Source: Spirochaetota bacterium (GTDB taxonomy: Bacteria > Spirochaetota > UBA4802 > UBA5550). From it: a stretch of 64,000 nt of DNA. Below, piece by piece: positions 58,946 to 64,000 of this stretch. The stretch is taken from NCBI GenBank assembly GCA_050298055.1, contig JBNKTL010000017.1, positions 14,920 to 78,919 of the forward strand, written 5' to 3'. The notes under the pieces were generated by a model. That model worked only from the letters and a program-made list of their open reading frames with translations. It was not told the origin of the DNA and ran no database searches. Made by a program: the position numbers and the translations under genes. Every line of letters starts with the position of its first letter. Position 1 is the stretch's first letter.

Positions 58946-61336
58946 ATGGTAGAGGGGAAAAACATCAAGGTTCTTCTCACAGATGACGAACGTATCGTGA
59001 GGGATGTCTTCGGGATATACCTGGAAACTATCGGTTTCACGGTCATTCAGGCCCAGAACGGGCTGGTCTGCCTGGACCTCTTTGAGAAGGAGAAGCCTGA
59101 TATTGTCCTCCTTGACCTGAAGATGCCGGTCATGGACGGGATCGAGACCCTCAAAAGTCTCAAGGAGAAAAACCCGGACATTCCTGTTATCATCATTTCC
59201 GGTGAAGGCCTGGTTGGAGATGTTGTCAGGGCACTGAGACTGGGAGCATGGGACTATATTATCAAGCCTGTGATAGATATGAACATCATATCTCATTCCA
59301 TGGGAAAAGCCCTGGAGAGGAGCCGGCTCATCGAGGAGAACAGGGCCTACCAGGAGAAACTGGAGGACCTTGTAAGACAAAGGACCGTTGAACTTGACAG
59401 GGCGAACAATGAGCTCCATACGATTAACAGCAGGCTGAGAAGTATTGTTTCATCGGCAACCGAGATCTCAAGCTGCAGCAGGATCAGCGATTTTGGAGAA
59501 CTCCTGATTAGGGAGTTTGGCAGGCATATGGATACTTCCGGAGGGTCATTATACCTCCTGGAGGATGAGGGCCTGCGGCTCCTCTCTTCCCTTGGTCCGT
59601 CCCACTGTCCCGAATTTATCACATTTCCCCTCAAAGAAGGTACAATATTCCAGAGAACAATTTCCGGCGGGAAATCACTTCTGAGCAACGACATCAGGAA
59701 AGATGAAACATGTTTTCTCAGCGGCTGGGATGGATACATAAATGATTCTCTCTTGACCTTCCCTCTGATCCATGAAAACGGCAGTGTCATTGCCGTTCTC
59801 TCTCTTCATAACAAGTCAAATCCTCCGTTTATACAGCAGGACCAGGAGGTGGGGATGATCCTGACAACCTACAGCTCCGAAGCGCTGAGAAATATCAGGG
59901 CCGTTGAAGACCTGCGGGAGAGTGAAAACAGGTACAGGAAACTCTTCAATAATGCCCGGGACGCAATATTTCTCTGGGAATTGCTTGATAATAACAATCC
60001 CGGGTGCTGTATCGACGCTAATGATGTAGCAGTTGAGATGACCGGCTTTAGCAGGGATGAACTGCTCAGGATGGAACCGGGGGATCTTGCTTATGGAAAT
60101 TTCCGGGAAAGCTGTTTGGAAATAATGAAAGAACTTATAAAAACCGGATCTGCGACCATTGAAAGGATTTATAAAACAAAGAAAGGTGATTTAATACCGG
60201 TTGAGATAAGCTCACATGTCTTTCATTTAAAAAAGAAAAGGGTCATTCTCTCTATAACCAGGGACATCACCAGGAGAAAGGAAGCTGAAGAAAAGATCAG
60301 GGAGTCTCTCCGGGAAAAGGAACTGATGCTCAAGGAGATACATCACAGGGTAAAGAACAATATCCAGATCATTATCAGTATTCTTAACCTCCAGTCGGAA
60401 AAAATAAAAAACCGTGAGGACCTTGAATACTTCGTTGAGAGTGAAAACCGTGTCAGGTCCATCGCCCTTGTTCATGAGATGCTTTACCGGTCCGAAAGTC
60501 TCTCCAATATTAATTTTAAGGATTATATCACGTCCCTGGTTGAACAGATAGAGATGTTCACCAGCTGCAGAGAGAAAAACATCAATATAAAAGTCAATGC
60601 CGAGAACCAGCTCATCGGAATTGAGTCGGCAATACCCTGCGCTCTCATCGTTAATGAACTCATTACCAATGCCGTTAAATATGCTTTCACCGGTGTTGAA
60701 GGAGGAACAATCGGGATAAGTTTTTCCGGAAAAAATGATACCTATTCCCTTGTTGTAACGGATGACGGTCCCGGTTTTCACAGTGACTTTAATCTTGAGA
60801 AGAGTGAATCTCTTGGCCTCAGGATGGTAAATGAACTGGTGAAACAGCTGAAAGGAAAGATCACGATTGAATCCCGCAAGGGTGTCCGGATAAGCGTTCT
60901 TTTCGGGGATGGTGTGAATCAGGAGTTGAATGAAACTGCGCCTGTGCATGAAGGGTTAACAATGAACGGGAAGCGCCTCCTTCTCGTTGAGGATGAGAGA
61001 ATTACGGTACTTCATATAAAGAATATCCTTGAAAATGTGGGATACTCGGTTATTGATACTGTTTCATCGGGGGAGGAAGCGCTTAAGATTGTCAAAAAGT
61101 TCCGGCCGGATATTATTCTTATGGATATCATGCTTGATGGTAAACTGGATGGTATCGACACAGTAGAAATGATTTTAAGGGATTATACCATACCCGTTAT
61201 ATATTTGACTGCCAATACGGACATGTATGTGAAAGAGAGGGCCATGAAGACCAGTCCCTTCGGGTATCTTCCCAAACCCATAGAGAGGGATGAAATGATA
61301 AGGCTTATAGAGAAGGGTCTTTCCGAAAAACAGTAA
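58946..61336 (+). CDS. hybrid REC-GAF-PAS-HisKA_2-HATPase-REC sensor kinase
   Basis: LLDLKMP, KEIHHRVKNN, NELITNAVKY, DDGPG, LMDIML. Confidence 0.9.
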   Translation: MVEGKNIKVLLTDDERIVRDVFGIYLETIGFTVIQAQNGLVCLDLFEKEKPDIVLLDLKMPVMDGIETLKSLKEKNPDIPVIIISGEGLVGDVVRALRLGAWDYIIKPVIDMNIISHSMGKALERSRLIEENRAYQEKLEDLVRQRTVELDRANNELHTINSRLRSIVSSATEISSCSRISDFGELLIREFGRHMDTSGGSLYLLEDEGLRLLSSLGPSHCPEFITFPLKEGTIFQRTISGGKSLLSNDIRKDETCFLSGWDGYINDSLLTFPLIHENGSVIAVLSLHNKSNPPFIQQDQEVGMILTTYSSEALRNIRAVEDLRESENRYRKLFNNARDAIFLWELLDNNNPGCCIDANDVAVEMTGFSRDELLRMEPGDLAYGNFRESCLEIMKELIKTGSATIERIYKTKKGDLIPVEISSHVFHLKKKRVILSITRDITRRKEAEEKIRESLREKELMLKEIHHRVKNNIQIIISILNLQSEKIKNREDLEYFVESENRVRSIALVHEMLYRSESLSNINFKDYITSLVEQIEMFTSCREKNINIKVNAENQLIGIESAIPCALIVNELITNAVKYAFTGVEGGTIGISFSGKNDTYSLVVTDDGPGFHSDFNLEKSESLGLRMVNELVKQLKGKITIESRKGVRISVLFGDGVNQELNETAPVHEGLTMNGKRLLLVEDERITVLHIKNILENVGYSVIDTVSSGEEALKIVKKFRPDIILMDIMLDGKLDGIDTVEMILRDYTIPVIYLTANTDMYVKERAMKTSPFGYLPKPIERDEMIRLIEKGLSEKQ

Positions 61337-61345
61337 GTTAATCAG

Positions 61346-62020
61346 TCAGTTGCAGCAGTCAGAGTTACAGGAACAGGAGAAGTAGTTCTTCCTGGCCTTT
61401 TCAAAAGACTCCCTTCCTTCCTTAAAAGAAAAGTATGCAATACCGAGGCCCCCGATGACGTCTATGTATGAAATCCTGAATATTTCGTAAAGAAGGCTTG
61501 AAGCCAGGAGGAGAAAGGATAAAGAAAAGCATGTTTTTGTGCAGCGGGCATCTGCGATGATCGGTTCAGAGTTGAGTGCTGTTCCGACTTTCATCTTCCG
61601 GTTGTAGAGGAACCACATGGTAATGATTGAGATTGCTGATATTATCACTCCCGCCATTGTGGTCTCGGGCCGGTTTCCCATTATGATTGTGAGAACAGAC
61701 CCGAATATCAATCCAAGAGTAAGCAGATAAAAGCCGGTACCGGTAATGAAGAGTGCCTGCCTCTCGAACCTGTCCCTCTTCTCAACAGGGTTATTTTTCA
61801 TCCTTAAAACCATGTGAGCAATACCGATCCCGGATATTACCTCCACAAAGCTGTCCACTCCAAAACCAAAAAGTGCAATGGTCTCATCTTCCATCCCGAA
61901 GAAGGTGGAGATGAGCCCCTCCGCAATGTTGTATCCTATGGTTATCATGCTTAATATAAATGCTGTTTTCAGCAGTCTGAGTGATGTTGTTTTGCTGTCT
62001 GTTTTCATTTTTTTATTCAT
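61346..62020 (-). CDS. CDF-like cation transporter TM domain with Cys-rich tail
   Basis: YNIAEG..S, FGVDSFVEVISG, ADARCT; C-terminal CSCNSDCCN. Confidence 0.8.
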   Translation of the reverse strand: MNKKMKTDSKTTSLRLLKTAFILSMITIGYNIAEGLISTFFGMEDETIALFGFGVDSFVEVISGIGIAHMVLRMKNNPVEKRDRFERQALFITGTGFYLLTLGLIFGSVLTIIMGNRPETTMAGVIISAISIITMWFLYNRKMKVGTALNSEPIIADARCTKTCFSLSFLLLASSLLYEIFRISYIDVIGGLGIAYFSFKEGRESFEKARKNYFSCSCNSDCCN

Positions 62021-62144
62021 TTGGTTTTATCTTTTTATAATGTTCAGTATTCAATATTTGCATAAGACATAAATGAGTCAAGTCTGTTCACTCTGCGGCA
62101 CATTAATTATTTGAGGAATTAATCGTGTTTTTTTCTCTAATTTC

Positions 62145-62174
62145 TTGACTGATTATAATAATTAATGTTATGCT
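62145..62174 (+). promoter_or_regulatory. sigma70-like promoter
   Basis: TTGACT-N18-TATGCT with extended -10 TG. Confidence 0.4.
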
Positions 62175-62205
62175 CCCAATTATTGTGGGCAATAGAACTT
62201 TAATA

Positions 62206-62282
62206 GTAACTACTCAGTTATGCGTAAGAGTAGTGAGATTCATTGAAAACATCTCATATGAGTCATAGAGTTGAGAAGTTAT
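62206..62282. mobile_element. short MITE-like element, GTAAC-TACTCAGCT family
   Basis: gtaactactcagtt ... agttgagaagttat. Confidence 0.6.
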
Positions 62283-62310
62283 CTTTAATAAAATATTAGA
62301 GGGATTTAAC

Positions 62311-63300
62311 ATGGCAAGTTACTATAAAAAAATCAAGGGTAAAAACTATGACAGGGCGCTTCTTGACCTTGCGGATACGTCAACAAGAGGAAAGGGTGAC
62401 GGCAGGATTTCTATCAATGACGCGAAAAAGCTCTTTAAAAAAATAAAGGACTCTGACACATATACTGATATTGAAAAGAAGACTGTTCAATTTATCCGCG
62501 ACAATTATAAATTCACAAAAGAAGCTGACAGCTTTTTCAGGGCCGAAGTCAGGAAGTGGGCATCCGGCAAAAAGGAGAGCGGAAAGAAGACGGCCGTTCC
62601 TCAAAAGAAAGCCGGTGTGAAGGAAAAAGCAGCCCAAAAAGCAGCTGCTAAAAAAACTGCTGCAAAGAAGAAAGCCGCAAAAAAACCGGCCGTGAAAAAG
62701 AAAGCGGTAAAAAAACCGGCGGCGAAAAAAGCTGCTGCAAAAAAACCGGCTGTAAAAAAACCCGTTGAAAGAAAAGAAGAGACCGGCTTCATTCAAACAT
62801 CCGCAGAACCTGGAATCAGGGAAGCGGAAGCAGTACAGAGCGCAGCAGCTGTCCCCGAAGGGAAAGAGGAGAGATCACGAAAACCTGTCACGGCAATTCT
62901 GATTGTAGCGGTTATTGCTGTTCTGGTTTTTTTCCTTTTACCCCGGTTCAGGAAATATATCTCCGGTGACAGGAAAGTTCCCCCGGGGGAAACCGTAACT
63001 GAAAAAGGGGAAGAGATTGAAGGAAAAAAAGCCGGTGAGATAAAAGAGAAAGCAGCCGGACAGAAACCGGAAAAAACAGTTGATTCGGATAAAAGCAAAA
63101 CCCGGCCGCTCCCGGCTGCGGAAGAAAAGAACATCTACACGGTACAGGTCAAGGACCAGCTCACGGAAATCGGTTACAAATTTTATGGAAATTACCATGA
63201 CTGGAAGTTAATTTACAATGCAAACCGTGACAGGATCAAGGACCCTGCCCTTATTTTCCCCGGGCAGAAACTTGTGATCCCGGAGAAGAAAGAAAAATAA
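62311..63300 (+). CDS. LysM membrane protein with K/A-rich (histone H1-like) repeats
   Basis: N-terminal SYYKKIKG.NYDR...GDGRIS domain, KKPAAKK repeats, one TM, LysM (YTVQ..DQL..I...YG...W..IY.AN...I.DP.LI.PGQ.L.IP). Confidence 0.85.
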   Translation: MASYYKKIKGKNYDRALLDLADTSTRGKGDGRISINDAKKLFKKIKDSDTYTDIEKKTVQFIRDNYKFTKEADSFFRAEVRKWASGKKESGKKTAVPQKKAGVKEKAAQKAAAKKTAAKKKAAKKPAVKKKAVKKPAAKKAAAKKPAVKKPVERKEETGFIQTSAEPGIREAEAVQSAAAVPEGKEERSRKPVTAILIVAVIAVLVFFLLPRFRKYISGDRKVPPGETVTEKGEEIEGKKAGEIKEKAAGQKPEKTVDSDKSKTRPLPAAEEKNIYTVQVKDQLTEIGYKFYGNYHDWKLIYNANRDRIKDPALIFPGQKLVIPEKKEK

Positions 63301-63318
63301 TAAACCCCGGGGCGCGTT

Positions 63319-64000
63319 CTAGTTTTTCATCTGGTACTTTTTATATTCCCGGAGGATCCTGTGCAGTTCTTCACGGGAAATCATCCCTTTGTTAACAAAA
63401 TACTCCCCAAGCTGTTGCTGCGTTTTGGACTGCTTGTAGAGTATTGCTTTATGTTGAAATTCTTTGAGATATCCGAGCCGAACAGCGCAATCTCCAAATT
63501 TTTCCAGAGGTTCTTTGCTCTTGAGTATTGTTAAAATATCGTTTTTCTTAATTATGCCCCATTTTAAGGCGATTGTGCCGTAGAGATCACGCTGCTGTCT
63601 CTGCCAGAAAATCGCGTCAAGAAGCGCGGAAAATGTTATATACCCGGAGAAGAAGAGATACTGCCCGAACAGGAGCCTGTAGTTTTTCCTGACTCCCGTT
63701 TTTCTTTCCCATTTCGGGTCACGGGTTTTTCCTGCTTCTTTCCGGTCAAAGCTGCCTTTCTTTTCTTTCTCACTGTAAGGATTTTTTTGAGTCTTCCCGG
63801 TATACCGGTTCTGTGAACCGGCCCTGTTTTTGTTTTTATTGCCCGAACCGGAGAACGGTTTACTGGTATGCCTTTTTTTCAGGGAAGCAGCCGGGACACT
63901 GCAGCAGCTAATAAATTCGTAGAGGGCTTTGTATGCGTTGCTGATTTCATTAAATTTCATTGTAAGGACCTTTTCGTTGACACCCAGAAGCTTTGCCCTG
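63319..64000 (-). CDS. probable J-domain protein with MshEN-like repeats (5'-partial)
   Basis: Frame open to the window edge (RAKLLGVNEKVLTMKFNEISNAY, resembling J-domain helix III); four (L/F)G......G.(I/L) repeats. Confidence 0.7.
   Translation of the reverse strand, partial: RAKLLGVNEKVLTMKFNEISNAYKALYEFISCCSVPAASLKKRHTSKPFSGSGNKNKNRAGSQNRYTGKTQKNPYSEKEKKGSFDRKEAGKTRDPKWERKTGVRKNYRLLFGQYLFFSGYITFSALLDAIFWQRQQRDLYGTIALKWGIIKKNDILTILKSKEPLEKFGDCAVRLGYLKEFQHKAILYKQSKTQQQLGEYFVNKGMISREELHRILREYKKYQMKN

Noticed and set aside
62601..62792. Phe/Ala-repeat minus-strand ORF
   Set aside because: Antisense of the KKPAA repeats

Overview
Gene-dense bacterial chromosome segment, probably from a spirochaete (inferred from an FlcA-like flagellar collar protein and several proteins resembling Leptospira-type hypotheticals). 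Housekeeping content includes a Zn/Mn uptake operon with a DUF2946/CruR-like leader ORF, psd, an orphan yidD-TPR operon, PilZ and sensor kinases, ABC/NCS2/MFS transporters, the cobalamin nucleotide-loop cluster cobU-cobS-cobC-cobT, a GT4-GH15 pair, lipid genes, Fic, a LysM protein and a partial J-domain protein. The most notable region is an AT-rich island (about 33.4-40.7 kb). It carries a divergent 2H-phosphoesterase-like gene opposite a tight operon of a MoaA-like radical SAM enzyme, a HAD phosphatase, a ThuA-like protein and a ~1290-aa HAD/PfkB-like/P-loop ATPase fusion. This is a candidate undescribed nucleotide-modifying or defence system. Intergenic DNA carries several REP/MITE-like families. 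One family (consensus ends GTAACTACTCAGCT...AGCTGAGTAGTTAC) has its end-bearing copies only in divergent promoter regions. No rRNA, tRNA, CRISPR array, transposase or integrase was recognised. All family calls come from motif recognition by eye, not database searches.
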